Origin: Pedobacter sp.
GTDB taxonomy: Bacteria > Desulfobacterota > Desulfuromonadia > Desulfuromonadales > Syntrophotaleaceae
Assembly (NCBI GenBank): GCA_050253415.1
Contig: JBFWJC010000002.1
Coordinates: 512,725 to 576,724, forward strand
Length of the DNA: 64,000 bases
Reading direction: 5' to 3'
Below the pieces are notes generated by a model. It had not been told where the DNA came from, ran no database searches, and saw only the letters and a program-made list of their open reading frames with translations. This document shows positions 9,708 to 19,984 of the stretch, in pieces (the stretch's first letter is position 1; every line of letters starts with the position of its first letter). Position numbers and translations under genes: made by a program.

Positions 9708-10067
9708 ATGGCGTATCCCGGAAGATGTGTCATTTAAGGCTATAACTAGCCGATAAATAAAACACTTTTTTGTGTCTATGATTCGTAAAGTTTGAAACCC
9801 CGTCATTTGCTCTACGTTAACATCCGAAATCCCCCACATTGAGGCGTCATTAAAATGGCGTTAATGTAAAAGCCAAGCTTGGAGTCTTATCTTTGCAATG
9901 CCTCTTTTATCTATATAACTACCTGATAATACATGCAAAAAAATAGATTAAATTATTTTTTTGGCATAAGCTTTTTTTGGCATACATGATGAAAAGTATC
10001 CATGGCAACAAGCGATTAAAAACCATCGCCTTTGATGTTTATAATCACAACCATGGAGGACTAAACA

Positions 10068-10223
10068 ATGAAATGTCCCAAGTGCAAAGGAAAAATGTAT
10101 ACCGAAAAATTCTATGACTACGTTCGCGCCTTCGAGGCCTGGAAATGTATTTGTTGTGGGGAGGTCATCGATTCCACCATTATTTCCAATCGTGCCCGTA
10201 GTGCCAACCTTCATTTGGGATAG
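10068..10223 (+). CDS. 51-aa zinc-ribbon protein (below ORF-track cutoff)
   Basis: Manual translation MKCPKCKGKMYTEKFYDYVRAFEAWKCICCGEVIDSTIISNRARSANLHLG; GGAGG RBS; terminator follows. Confidence 0.85.
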   Translation: MKCPKCKGKMYTEKFYDYVRAFEAWKCICCGEVIDSTIISNRARSANLHLG

Positions 10224-10275
10224 GTCCATCTCTCTAATTTTTTTGTTTCCGAGATTTTCTCCCTACCAGAGCTTT

Positions 10276-10306
10276 AAAGACCCCGGTTTGTTGCCGGGGT
10301 TTTTTT
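10276..10306 (+). terminator. Rho-independent terminator
   Basis: accccgg-tttgttg-ccggggt followed by a T tract. Confidence 0.8.
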
Positions 10307-10546
10307 ATTGGTGATTGATTCCGATTTTCGGTTCCTGAAGGCATGTTTTGTGATGTGCCAGACGAGACGGAGGAAAGCATGTAAATTTTCACTGGAACAT
10401 ATTGCTTTCACCGGGGCAGGGAACTCAAAATACCAGGAGCGGATACGCTTCTTGATCTGACGATTTCTTTACTTTAAAACGCCGGTTTAGTATGGTTTGA
10501 GGGAGCAACAGGTGTCGAAAAACCAATATTACCGAAAGATAAGACT

Positions 10547-12616
10547 TTGAGAGACAGTGACAAAAGTAAACATTATCTCCTTGTCGAATTGGCTGCCGCT
10601 CGCGAACGGATTGCTGAACTGGAAGACAGGGAAAGGCATCACCGGCTTGCCGAGCAGGAACTCAGGGCTCGTGAACTCTGGTGCAATACTCTGTTGGATT
10701 CAGTCCATGTTGGAGTCCTCCTTATTGATCCGGAAACGCAATGCATTGTCGATTGCAATGCTCATGCAATAAAAATGATTGGCCGCGCAAAACAAGCAAT
10801 ACTTGGTCAATGCCAGCATGCCTATATTTGCCCGGGTGATAAAGGGGACCCTGCGGCCAATGATTCGGGGCGCCCATGGGAGGTCTGCGAATGCATTTTG
10901 ACGAGAAGTGACGGCAGACAAATTCCTGTTCATAGGACCGCGACTACGATTATCAGCGACGGAAAAACGCTTGTGTTGGAGAGCTTCGTTGATATCAGCA
11001 AACAGAAAGAAAGCCAGACGGCCCTTGCCCTGGACGAAATCCGATTCGAGTCTTTGTACACCCTCAGCCAAATGCTCAAGGAACCTGAACAGTCGATCCT
11101 GGACTATGCGCTTGAAGCCGGGGTGCGTGTCACCGGCAGCAAAATCGGATACATCTATTTCGTGAACGAGCAGGAGTCGGAACTTACCCTCCATGCATGG
11201 TCCAGGGATGTGATGTCTCAATGCTCGGTGCAAAATTACCCTTCCGTCTACAAACTATCGGAAACCGGGCTATGGGGCGAAGCGGTCAGACAACGCCGAC
11301 CGATTATCACTAACGACTATCAAACGAGCCCATTTAGGCGGGGCTGCCCGGAGGGTCACGTGACCGTAGCCCGGCATATGACCCTGCCCGTGGAAGACAA
11401 TGGCCAGATCGTGCTTCTTGCCGGAGTCGGGAACAAAGATGAGGAATATACGGAAGAAGATGTAAGGCAGTTGTTTCTGATAATGAATGGCGTATGGCGT
11501 ATTATCCAGCGGAAAAGAGACGATGAGGCCCTTAAAAAGGCTTTGGCGGAAGCGAAGCAAGCTACGGCAAATGTCGAGGTTGTTCTTAGGTCGGTTGCCG
11601 ATGGCCTGATTTTTACCGATATGGAAAATCGAATTGTGCTGATGAATACTTCCGCGGAATTAATGCTTGGCAAACCATGGGAGAGGGTTTGTTTTCAGCC
11701 AATTGAGGCTGCTATCGCTAATAAGAACCTGGTGGAGCAATTGGCGGCGATTCAATCGGGGGGCAAGGAAGAAGCTCTGATTGAATTGGAGCTTCCTGGC
11801 GATAAAGAAGGCGAGGTTCGAACCATTGAGGCGAAGCCCGCCGTTGTAAGGCTGTCGGATGGCATGCAAACAGGGATTATCACACTTCTGAGAGATGTGA
11901 GTCGCGAACGGCATCTCGATCGGGTAAAAAGAGAATTTATCGCCACTGCTGCTCATGAACTGCGTACTCCCCTGACCGCAGTCATGGGTTTTTCCGAGCT
12001 TTTGCTGAGCCGAAAAGATCTGGATGAGCGCCAGCAGACGGAGTATTTATCCATCATTCACAAAAAATCTGAAGTGTTGGGGAAAATCATTGATGATTTC
12101 CTGAGCCTTGCGCGAGTTGATTCGGGCAATGTTATCCGCCTGGGAAAAGCCTGGGCCGATATCGGATCCATTATTGGACGTTGCACCGCTGACTATCAAA
12201 GAGCCTGTCCGGGTCACCGTTTCAAAACTGTTATACCAAAAACGGCGGTGGAGGCTTTGGTGGATGATCGGAAGCTTTTTCAGGTGATGGAAAATCTGCT
12301 TGGCAATGCAGTGAAATTCTCCCTGGAACAAAGCCTGATTCAGGTGGTCTGCGAGGTGGGTGAAAAAGAGATTCGTATCTCTGTCAGAGATGAGGGTGTT
12401 GGTATGACACCGGATCAGGTAGGAAAGGTTTTCGACAAGTTTTACCGGGTCGATGCATCCAACACGGCCAAAGAGGGGCTTGGTTTGGGGATGGCCATTG
12501 TTAAAAGCATCATAGAGGCCCATCGCGGTCAAATATGGGTCGAAAGCGAAGTCGGAAAAGGAACAACCGTAACCTTTACCTTGCCCTTGGCAGAGAAGGG
12601 GCAGGACTGGGATTGA
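10547..12616 (+). CDS. Cytoplasmic PAS-GAF-PAS sensor histidine kinase
   Basis: H-box AAHELRTPLT, N-box NLLGNAVKFS, G-boxes DEGVGM/GLGLGM; no TM; TTG start uncertain. Confidence 0.92.
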   Translation: MRDSDKSKHYLLVELAAARERIAELEDRERHHRLAEQELRARELWCNTLLDSVHVGVLLIDPETQCIVDCNAHAIKMIGRAKQAILGQCQHAYICPGDKGDPAANDSGRPWEVCECILTRSDGRQIPVHRTATTIISDGKTLVLESFVDISKQKESQTALALDEIRFESLYTLSQMLKEPEQSILDYALEAGVRVTGSKIGYIYFVNEQESELTLHAWSRDVMSQCSVQNYPSVYKLSETGLWGEAVRQRRPIITNDYQTSPFRRGCPEGHVTVARHMTLPVEDNGQIVLLAGVGNKDEEYTEEDVRQLFLIMNGVWRIIQRKRDDEALKKALAEAKQATANVEVVLRSVADGLIFTDMENRIVLMNTSAELMLGKPWERVCFQPIEAAIANKNLVEQLAAIQSGGKEEALIELELPGDKEGEVRTIEAKPAVVRLSDGMQTGIITLLRDVSRERHLDRVKREFIATAAHELRTPLTAVMGFSELLLSRKDLDERQQTEYLSIIHKKSEVLGKIIDDFLSLARVDSGNVIRLGKAWADIGSIIGRCTADYQRACPGHRFKTVIPKTAVEALVDDRKLFQVMENLLGNAVKFSLEQSLIQVVCEVGEKEIRISVRDEGVGMTPDQVGKVFDKFYRVDASNTAKEGLGLGMAIVKSIIEAHRGQIWVESEVGKGTTVTFTLPLAEKGQDWD

Positions 12617-12691
12617 ATCTGCCGTCTTTGGATTATTGGGAGATGCAAGGCTTTGCTTGCATGCCTGTCGTTCTTTGACATGGCAACTGAC

Positions 12692-12740
12692 CCTGCAAGA
12701 GCCGCCTTGTCTATGAAACAGGACGGCTCTTGCAGGTTTT
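12692..12740. terminator. Terminator hairpin between convergent genes
   Basis: cctgcaagagccg..cggctcttgcagg plus tttt. Confidence 0.7.
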
Positions 12741-12814
12741 AAGGCGGATTTTAGTAGAGGTGATGAGTATTTTGATATCCGCGAGCCGTGATTAAATTTC
12801 GGGACAATTCCCGC

Positions 12815-14494
12815 TTATTTCTGACCGGCAATCGCTTGGGCAATATTGAAACAATAGCCGCCGATGCGTTCGAGATAAGCCATGATATCGATGTACCACA
12901 GTCCCGGTTCGATGGAGCAGTTGCGCTCCTGTAAACGCTGGATTTTTTCCATGCGCATTTTATTGAACTGGAGATTGATACCGGTTTCGTGTTTGTAGGC
13001 CTGCTGCATGAAGGTCCTGTCGGGGGACGGGATCTGTTCGATAATGAGATCCAGGAAGTCCAGCACCCGCTTCGACATATCTTCCAGATCATGAATTGAG
13101 TGGTTGGAAAACAGCAGCTTGTTTTCGAATAATTTTTCGGACAGGTGCGCCAGATGTTCCACCGCATCCCCAATTTTTTCAATGTTGTTGGCCATGCGGA
13201 AAAAACTGTGGATTTCCTTGGCCGACTCCTCGTTGATTTCCAGTTGGTAAATCTTTATCAGGTAATGGGTGATCTCCTTGCGGGCCTGATCCAGCCACTT
13301 TTCCTGGGCTTTCCAGTCGGTCATCATGTCGGGATCGCGGTGTTTGATGGCCGGGATGACGTTCTCCAGCGTTTTACGCGCGGTTTTGGCCATTTTGAGG
13401 ATTTCGCTGCGTACCTGGGTCAGGGCTGCGATAGGCGATTCATCATAAAAGTCGTTGAACTCGGGGATTGGAACGGCGTCCCGATTTTCTTTTTTCTTTG
13501 GCGAAAATTTGATTGCCACCCTCACCAGCGTCGGAAGAAAGATCAGAAAGACCATGGCGTTGGTAATGTTGAACAGGGTGTGGCCGTTGGCCAGGTAACG
13601 CCCGATATTGACGTATTCGTTGTTTACCATGGCATCGGCAGGGCCAACTCCTGGCATGAAGAACAGGGTCGCCTTTTCGACAAATGTAACAAAATGCGGA
13701 AAGATCAACACCATGAGCCCCACGCCGATGACGTTGAACAGGGTATGCGCGCGCGCGGCCCGATGGGCTTCTATATTGGTGGTGCCCAGGGTGGCGAGTT
13801 CGGCGGTAATCGTGGTGCCGATATTTTCGCCGAGGACCAGAGCGATAGCGGCGGGGAAGCTCAGCAGCCCCTGGGTCGCCATTGTCATAGTCAGGCCTAC
13901 GGTCGCGGAAGAAGATTGTACAGCCATAGTCAACAGCGCGCCGGTCAATACGCACAACAGCAGGCCGCCCATGGTGCTTGGGTCGAAGCGGGTAAAAAAG
14001 GACAGGAAGGTCGGGTCGGTCCGCAGAGGTTTCAGGCCTTGCGTCATGGTCTCCATCCCCAAAAACAGCAAGCCAAAGCCCAGGACAACCTCACCGATAT
14101 ATCTGAATTTTTTCTGTTTGGCGAAAAATCGCATGGAGACGCCCAGCGCGATCGCCGGCAGGGACAGACTCGACAATTTGAAAGCGATCAACTGCGAGGT
14201 CACGGTGGTGCCGATATTGGCGCCCAGGATAACCCCCACCGCCTGGTGCAGAGATAAAAGACCGGCGCTGACAAAACCGATCAGCATAACGGTTGCCGCC
14301 GAGGACGATTGCACCATGGCGGTGACCAATGCGCCTGTTCCACAACCGATGACGCGGTTGGCGGACAGGGCGCAGAGGATTTTCTTGATACGGGGGCCAG
14401 CGGCCATCTGCAGCCCCTCTGTCATCGTCTTCATGCCCAGGATAAACAGGCCCAGCCCGCCAATGGTTTTGATGAGAATTTCAATGAAAAGCAA
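12815..14494 (-). CDS. Na/Pi cotransporter with C-terminal PhoU domains
   Basis: Two QSSSA..GANIGTT/GENIGTT repeats; IEKIGD and LERIGG PhoU motifs; AAGGAGG before TTG 14494. Confidence 0.93.
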   Translation of the reverse strand: MLFIEILIKTIGGLGLFILGMKTMTEGLQMAAGPRIKKILCALSANRVIGCGTGALVTAMVQSSSAATVMLIGFVSAGLLSLHQAVGVILGANIGTTVTSQLIAFKLSSLSLPAIALGVSMRFFAKQKKFRYIGEVVLGFGLLFLGMETMTQGLKPLRTDPTFLSFFTRFDPSTMGGLLLCVLTGALLTMAVQSSSATVGLTMTMATQGLLSFPAAIALVLGENIGTTITAELATLGTTNIEAHRAARAHTLFNVIGVGLMVLIFPHFVTFVEKATLFFMPGVGPADAMVNNEYVNIGRYLANGHTLFNITNAMVFLIFLPTLVRVAIKFSPKKKENRDAVPIPEFNDFYDESPIAALTQVRSEILKMAKTARKTLENVIPAIKHRDPDMMTDWKAQEKWLDQARKEITHYLIKIYQLEINEESAKEIHSFFRMANNIEKIGDAVEHLAHLSEKLFENKLLFSNHSIHDLEDMSKRVLDFLDLIIEQIPSPDRTFMQQAYKHETGINLQFNKMRMEKIQRLQERNCSIEPGLWYIDIMAYLERIGGYCFNIAQAIAGQK

Positions 14495-15102
14495 AACGCA
14501 GCCTCCTTGTTTGGCTGTTTTGAGATGCCATGGACGGTTGATTTCTACCAAGACACTCGAACCTGGTAACCGACAGGGTAGATGCTGGGATTGAGTCAGT
14601 AAAAACCCCGACGGGCCAGACAAACCAGACGATATTAACAAATACATAGGATTATTCAAAGCAAAGTTTGATGTGAAAGACTCTGACATAAGAAGCTACG
14701 CGTGAACTTTTGCGCATGACCCTTTGTTTCATATACATACTTTTCATGTCTGGTTGGCTTGTTGAACCAGATCTCGATTATTCACGAACTGATTTTTTGG
14801 CATTTTTCGATTTCGATCGTTTAATTCAATCAAAGCATCGGTCAGCTATAGCCGTCAGCAAAAAGAGGGGGTGAGAGACAGGGGGGAGTATTTTTCACTT
14901 GCGATTTTCTTGCTGCCGGACTCGGGTGATAATCAGCTTTTCAGCTTGCGGATGTACGCTCATTGGGTTCGTAGAAGCGTTACTTTGTGTCGATTGACGA
15001 TAGGTTCAAGCGGAGGTATGGTTATCAGCAACGCCAGTATCCAGCCAGAGTCTCTGAATGGATGCCATCTATCTGAAGGCAGGATGTTTTGAGGGAGGCC
15101 CC

Positions 15103-15531
15103 ATGAAAATCAAGATTTTTATCGCGGTTATGCTCGGCCTGGTCGTCATTCAGCTTGTACCCTATGGGCGCCAGCATATCAATCCACAGGTAACGCAGGA
15201 GCCTGCCTGGGATTCGTCACGAACTCGCGAGCTGTTCTCTCGGGCCTGTGGTGATTGCCACAGCAACGAAACCGTATGGCCGGGTTACAGCAATGTAGCG
15301 CCTGTCTCATGGCTGGTTCAGCACGATGTGGAGCATGGGAGGAAGATGTTCAACGTGTCGGAATGGGGGCGTCCCGGGAAGAATAAGGGCGACGAAGCAG
15401 CTGAAGAATTCAGAGAAGGTGAAATGCCGCCCTGGTTTTATAGGCCCTTACACTCACGGGCCCGCTTGAATCCAGAGGAGCGCAAGCAACTCGCAGCCGG
15501 GTTGATCGCAACCTTTGGTGAAGAGCTCTGA
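15103..15531 (+). CDS. Monoheme haem-binding domain cytochrome c
   Basis: [16 protein letters not shown] axial Met, signal peptide; GGAGG RBS. Confidence 0.88.
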   Translation: MKIKIFIAVMLGLVVIQLVPYGRQHINPQVTQEPAWDSSRTRELFSRACGDCHSNETVWPGYSNVAPVSWLVQHDVEHGRKMFNVSEWGRPGKNKGDEAAEEFREGEMPPWFYRPLHSRARLNPEERKQLAAGLIATFGEEL

Positions 15532-15647
15532 TGGTCTCACGGATCGAATAATGTATTGGATCCTGCTTGCCGAACACGTTCAGGGGCGGTTCCATGATAG
15601 ACAGAAAATGATTACACAGGTCGCTTTTGCGGCCAAGGAGCACGACC

Positions 15648-15890
15648 ATGACAATTGAAAATATTCAGGCATTTTTCATGTGGTGTACGGTCATCGATGG
15701 TGTTCTGCTGGTCTTTTCAGCTCTGCTCTGTGCCTTCGCCGGGGACTGGATCTACCGCATGCACGGCGCACTGTTTTCTCTGCCGCGGGATTCTTTCAAC
15801 GTGGTGCTTTACGCGTTTATCGGAGTGTTCAAGCTCTTGTTTCTCGTTTTCAACCTGATCCCCTATCTGGCGCTGTTGATCGTGACCTGA
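15648..15890 (+). CDS. Small membrane protein (DUF6868-like)
   Basis: FFMWCTVI..FKLLFLVFNLIPYLAL; AAGGAG RBS. Confidence 0.75.
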   Translation: MTIENIQAFFMWCTVIDGVLLVFSALLCAFAGDWIYRMHGALFSLPRDSFNVVLYAFIGVFKLLFLVFNLIPYLALLIVT

Positions 15891-15905
15891 ATGGCGCAAG
15901 ACCAA

Positions 15906-18900
15906 TTATTGATTTTCTTTACGCAGCATTTCGGTAAAGTCATCCTCGGGCAATGGCGTGCTGAAAAAGTATCCTTGGTAGCTGTCGCAACCGCATTCAT
16001 GCAGGAAATCGAGTTGTTCTCTGGTTTCCACTCCCTCGGCCACGGCCTGCAACCCCAAGCTGTGGGCAATGGCGATAATACTCGTGGTTACTGCCGCAGC
16101 ACTGGAATCATCCGCGACATCGCTGATGAAAGAGCGGTCGATTTTAAGGCAGTCGACGGGGAAGCGCCGCAGGTAGTTGAGGGATGAATAGCCTGTACCA
16201 AAATCGTCCAGTGCCAGGCTGACACCAAGAATGTTAAGTTGCTGCATGGTTGCCGCCGCGGATTGGGGATCGCGCATAATCATGCTTTCCGTCAATTCCA
16301 GTTCCAGGAGATGGGGGGGCAGCGCGGTTTCCTGCAGGATGCGCTGCACCGTTTCGACAAGGTCGTCTTTGCGAAACTGGCGCGCGGAAAGATTTGCCGC
16401 AATCGGCACAACCGATAGGCCTTGCGCCTGCCATGCTTTAATCTGCTTGCAGATGTTTTGCAACACCCATTCTCCAATGGGCTGGATCAGGCCGGTTTCT
16501 TCAGCCAGGGGGATGAAAATTCCCGGCATGATCATGCCGCGCACCGGGTGCTTCCACCGCAGCAAGGCTTCTGCACCCGTGATCCTGCCGGTTTCCAGGC
16601 TGACCTTGGGCTGGTAGTGCAGCAGCAGTTCGTTGCGTTCAACCGCCCGTCGCAGGTCGGTTTCCATTTCCATGACTTCATGCACCACCAGGTTCATTTC
16701 CGGGGCATAGAGCCGGAAGGAGTTACCTTCCTCCTTGGCCCGGTACATGGCGATATCCGCATTGCGGATCAGCGTTTCCTCGTCGTTGCCATCCTGCGGG
16801 TAAATACTGATGCCGAGGCTGGCGGTTATGGTGATTTCGCGATCTTCAATCTCGAAGGGAGCGGTGATGTTGTCGAGGATTTTTTTCGCCACTTTGCCGA
16901 CATCTTCCTCGTTGGCCAGTTCCGCAAGCAGAATGACGAACTCGTCCCCCCCCAGTCGCGCTACGGTGTCCGCACCGCGTACCGATTCTTTCAGCCGGTT
17001 GGCAATGATCTGCAGCAGGCTGTCGCCAAAGCTGTGGCCGAGGCTGTCGTTGATGATTTTAAATCGATCGAGGTCGAGAAGCAGCACGGCCACCAGGCGC
17101 CCTGAACGCTTGGCAAACAGAATGGATTGCTCGAGACGATCCTGCATCAGGGCTCTGTTGGCCAGACCGGTCAGGTCATCGTGGGTGGCAAGGTGATGCA
17201 GCTGTGCCTCGTAGCGCTTGCGCTCGGTAATGTCTTCCTTGATGGCAAGGAAATGGCTGATATCGCCAGCGTCATTGCGTACCGGAGAGATGGAGGCCTG
17301 CTCCCAGAAAAACGTTCCGTCCTTGCGCCGGTTATGGAATTCACCATGCCATTCCTGGCCGGCGGTGATGGTTTCCCAAAGCCTGCCGTAATCTTCTTGA
17401 GACGTTTCCCCGGATTTTAGAAAACGCGAATTTTTGCCGCGCACTTCCTCCAGGGTGTAGCCGGTAATCTGCGAAAATTTGGGATTGGCGTACTCGATCT
17501 GTCCCTGGGGGTCGGTAAGCACAACCGCCGCGGGACTTTGCTCTACCGCCTGTGAAAGTTTGCGCAGCTCATCTACGTGTCGTTTGCGTTCGGTAATGTC
17601 GCGGGCAAAGGAGTAGGACAGTATGCGCCCCTCGTATTCAAGATAGTTTATCGTCACCTCAACGGGGAAGGTTGTACCATCTTTGCGCCTGTGCAGGGTT
17701 TCAATCGTACCGGCACGCCGGGCAAGCATGTTTTTTCGGTGTTGTTTCCAGCTCTCCTGAGTAAAGGTCGGATCGATATCAAAAATGGATAAAGCAAGCA
17801 GTTCCTGGCGCGAGTAACCAAGGCTCTCGCAGGCTTGCTGGTTGGCTTCCTGGACATGACCTTTTTCATCGATCCGATAGATGCCGATGGCGGCATGATC
17901 GATACAGAACTGCGCCAAGCGCCAACCGGCCTGTGCCTTCTTGCTTGCGCTGATATCCTGGGCGATGCCAAGGTATCCGACGATTTCATTGCGGGGGGAG
18001 CGCATGGCGGTAATCACCAACGAAACAGTTATCTGTTCCCCATCCTTGCGCATATAGGTCCATTCCCGGTGTTCGGCATCGGTAGTGGTGGCCCGGGCCA
18101 TAAATTCGGCAAAGTTTGAGATGGGGCGCTCGATGCCGGCACTCAGTTCGGCGTAGCGGGCCTGTAATTCCGAATCCAGGTGTAATAACGTAGGTGTCTG
18201 TATGCCGACCATTTCCTCCGCGGTGTACCCCAGCATCTTTTCGGCACCACGGTTGAACACGGTGATGATGCCCTGCGGGTCGGTGGCGATGATGGATACT
18301 TCGGAGGCGGCATTAAGTACCCCTGCCAGAAGCTGCGAGGTTCGTTCGATCTCTGCCGATGCAGCTTTTTGCTCCTCAAACAGGCGCTGCAAGGTTAAAC
18401 GAGCCTGCTGCGCTTCGTCGAGCATGCGCGCTTTTTCTGCCTCCGCCTGGCGTTTATGCTCGTCAGCCAGTCTGCGCTCCGTGATGTCGGTAAAAGTCCC
18501 CAACATACGTAGGGGCTGGTCCTGGCTATCCCGCTCTACAAGCTTGCCCATGGAAAGAATCCATTTCCACTGGCCGGTGCGGGTTTGCTGACGGAATTCA
18601 GCACAGAACTCATCTGTTTTGCCGGTAAGATAATCGCGATAGGCTGTCAATACCAGCGGTCGATCCTCGGGATGCATGCGCGCCATCCAGCTGGCGTTGG
18701 TTTCCTTGAAGGTTTCAGGGTCGTGGCCGAGCATCAGAGCATATTCGGCGTTGACAATAATGGCGCCGGTCTGCACATTGAGATCGTAAAGCCCTTGTTG
18801 AGAAGCTTTCAGGGTCATCCGCAGCCGTTCTTCGCTGGCCTGCAAAGATATGGACATCTGGTCTCGTCGACGCCGGATAACCATCAGGGTGCCAAGCATG

Positions 18901-19436
18901 GCAGTGGCCAGGGGGTAGATGAGGATCACCGGCAGGGTGATTTGTTTCAGGACCTTTAGAGCGGTCGCCCATGGCAGCAGCAACATGAAGGCCAGCATTA
19001 CAATATGGATTACTACCCCGAAAAGGTAGAGCTGGCGCCAGGAAAGCTCTTCGGTTGCCTGGCGGTTCAAATGTTTCCAGAGGATACCCAGAGTTCCGGA
19101 GGCTACGATCACTCCTGCTCCAACCCAGGCTGCTGCGCCACCCTGCGACAGACGAAAGGCTGCAGTCAAAATCATGGCCAGAGTCGTAGGGATGGTGCCA
19201 AAAAAAAGCCCTGCTATGCCCAGCAGTACTGACCGGGTGTCAAACACAATTCCGGGGACAAATTGCCAGGGGGTAAGCATGATCGCGATACCGAGCAGAC
19301 CAAGTGTCAGCCCGACGAAGATCTGCACAAACCACCTTTGCTTGAGGCGATAGCGGCTGGTCATCACATCATAAATGAAAGCCATCGCTAGCAGCAGCGC
19401 GGCATTTTTGATCAGTGCGAGAAAGACATTTTCCAT
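15906..19436 (-). CDS. 5TM-LYT, multi-PAS, GGDEF-EAL c-di-GMP protein
   Basis: N-terminal TMs with PGIVFDTR; four PAS/PAC; RLGGDEF; AEALLRW, DDFGTGYSS, EGVE. Confidence 0.94.
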   Translation of the reverse strand: MENVFLALIKNAALLLAMAFIYDVMTSRYRLKQRWFVQIFVGLTLGLLGIAIMLTPWQFVPGIVFDTRSVLLGIAGLFFGTIPTTLAMILTAAFRLSQGGAAAWVGAGVIVASGTLGILWKHLNRQATEELSWRQLYLFGVVIHIVMLAFMLLLPWATALKVLKQITLPVILIYPLATAMLGTLMVIRRRRDQMSISLQASEERLRMTLKASQQGLYDLNVQTGAIIVNAEYALMLGHDPETFKETNASWMARMHPEDRPLVLTAYRDYLTGKTDEFCAEFRQQTRTGQWKWILSMGKLVERDSQDQPLRMLGTFTDITERRLADEHKRQAEAEKARMLDEAQQARLTLQRLFEEQKAASAEIERTSQLLAGVLNAASEVSIIATDPQGIITVFNRGAEKMLGYTAEEMVGIQTPTLLHLDSELQARYAELSAGIERPISNFAEFMARATTTDAEHREWTYMRKDGEQITVSLVITAMRSPRNEIVGYLGIAQDISASKKAQAGWRLAQFCIDHAAIGIYRIDEKGHVQEANQQACESLGYSRQELLALSIFDIDPTFTQESWKQHRKNMLARRAGTIETLHRRKDGTTFPVEVTINYLEYEGRILSYSFARDITERKRHVDELRKLSQAVEQSPAAVVLTDPQGQIEYANPKFSQITGYTLEEVRGKNSRFLKSGETSQEDYGRLWETITAGQEWHGEFHNRRKDGTFFWEQASISPVRNDAGDISHFLAIKEDITERKRYEAQLHHLATHDDLTGLANRALMQDRLEQSILFAKRSGRLVAVLLLDLDRFKIINDSLGHSFGDSLLQIIANRLKESVRGADTVARLGGDEFVILLAELANEEDVGKVAKKILDNITAPFEIEDREITITASLGISIYPQDGNDEETLIRNADIAMYRAKEEGNSFRLYAPEMNLVVHEVMEMETDLRRAVERNELLLHYQPKVSLETGRITGAEALLRWKHPVRGMIMPGIFIPLAEETGLIQPIGEWVLQNICKQIKAWQAQGLSVVPIAANLSARQFRKDDLVETVQRILQETALPPHLLELELTESMIMRDPQSAAATMQQLNILGVSLALDDFGTGYSSLNYLRRFPVDCLKIDRSFISDVADDSSAAAVTTSIIAIAHSLGLQAVAEGVETREQLDFLHECGCDSYQGYFFSTPLPEDDFTEMLRKENQ

Positions 19437-19984
19437 TATATGTGGTCTCCGCAATGCCTGATTCTACAAATGGCGGCAGATCATGGATTTTAATAAAATC
19501 GGCGATGCCGTTGGCAATCGGTAGTGCACAAGGGCTGTCGTCATGCCGGAAAAGCGGTTGAATGCACGGTCAGGCCCTGATTAACACATGACAAGGAATA
19601 GTTTGGTAACCGCCAACCCGTCAAGTTATGAAAAAATCGGGCCAAGTCCCGGCTTCTTGAACGCTAGAGCATAACAACTTTGGTTTGTATTGTCACCAGA
19701 TGAGGCTGATTGCCCGCGGGAATTGTAGTTTTTTAAGCGAAACATTGTTGAAATACTTCAAAATGGTTACTATAGGGCCTTGAACATCAGATTTATTGTT
19801 GATGACCATGCAAAGCTAACGCAGAGTACATCGCGGAGAAAATTACATTTCCAGAATCAAATAATAGTATTTAAAACGTGTTATTTCGCATCCTTGGCCC
19901 GTTTACGGCCAATGACCAACTTTTTGCCAATGCATCATTACTCGCTTTGCAAAGAAACTATTCTTTCGGAGGTCTGGACGGACC

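Noticed and set aside
9948..10229. 93-aa minus-strand ORF
   Set aside because: Antisense to the Zn-ribbon gene, which has RBS and terminator support
13145..14594. 370-aa and 328-aa plus-strand ORFs
   Set aside because: Antisense to the well-supported Na/Pi transporter
14670..14690. Pho box or CRP site upstream of the Na/Pi gene
   Set aside because: Half-site spacing and sequence fit neither consensus
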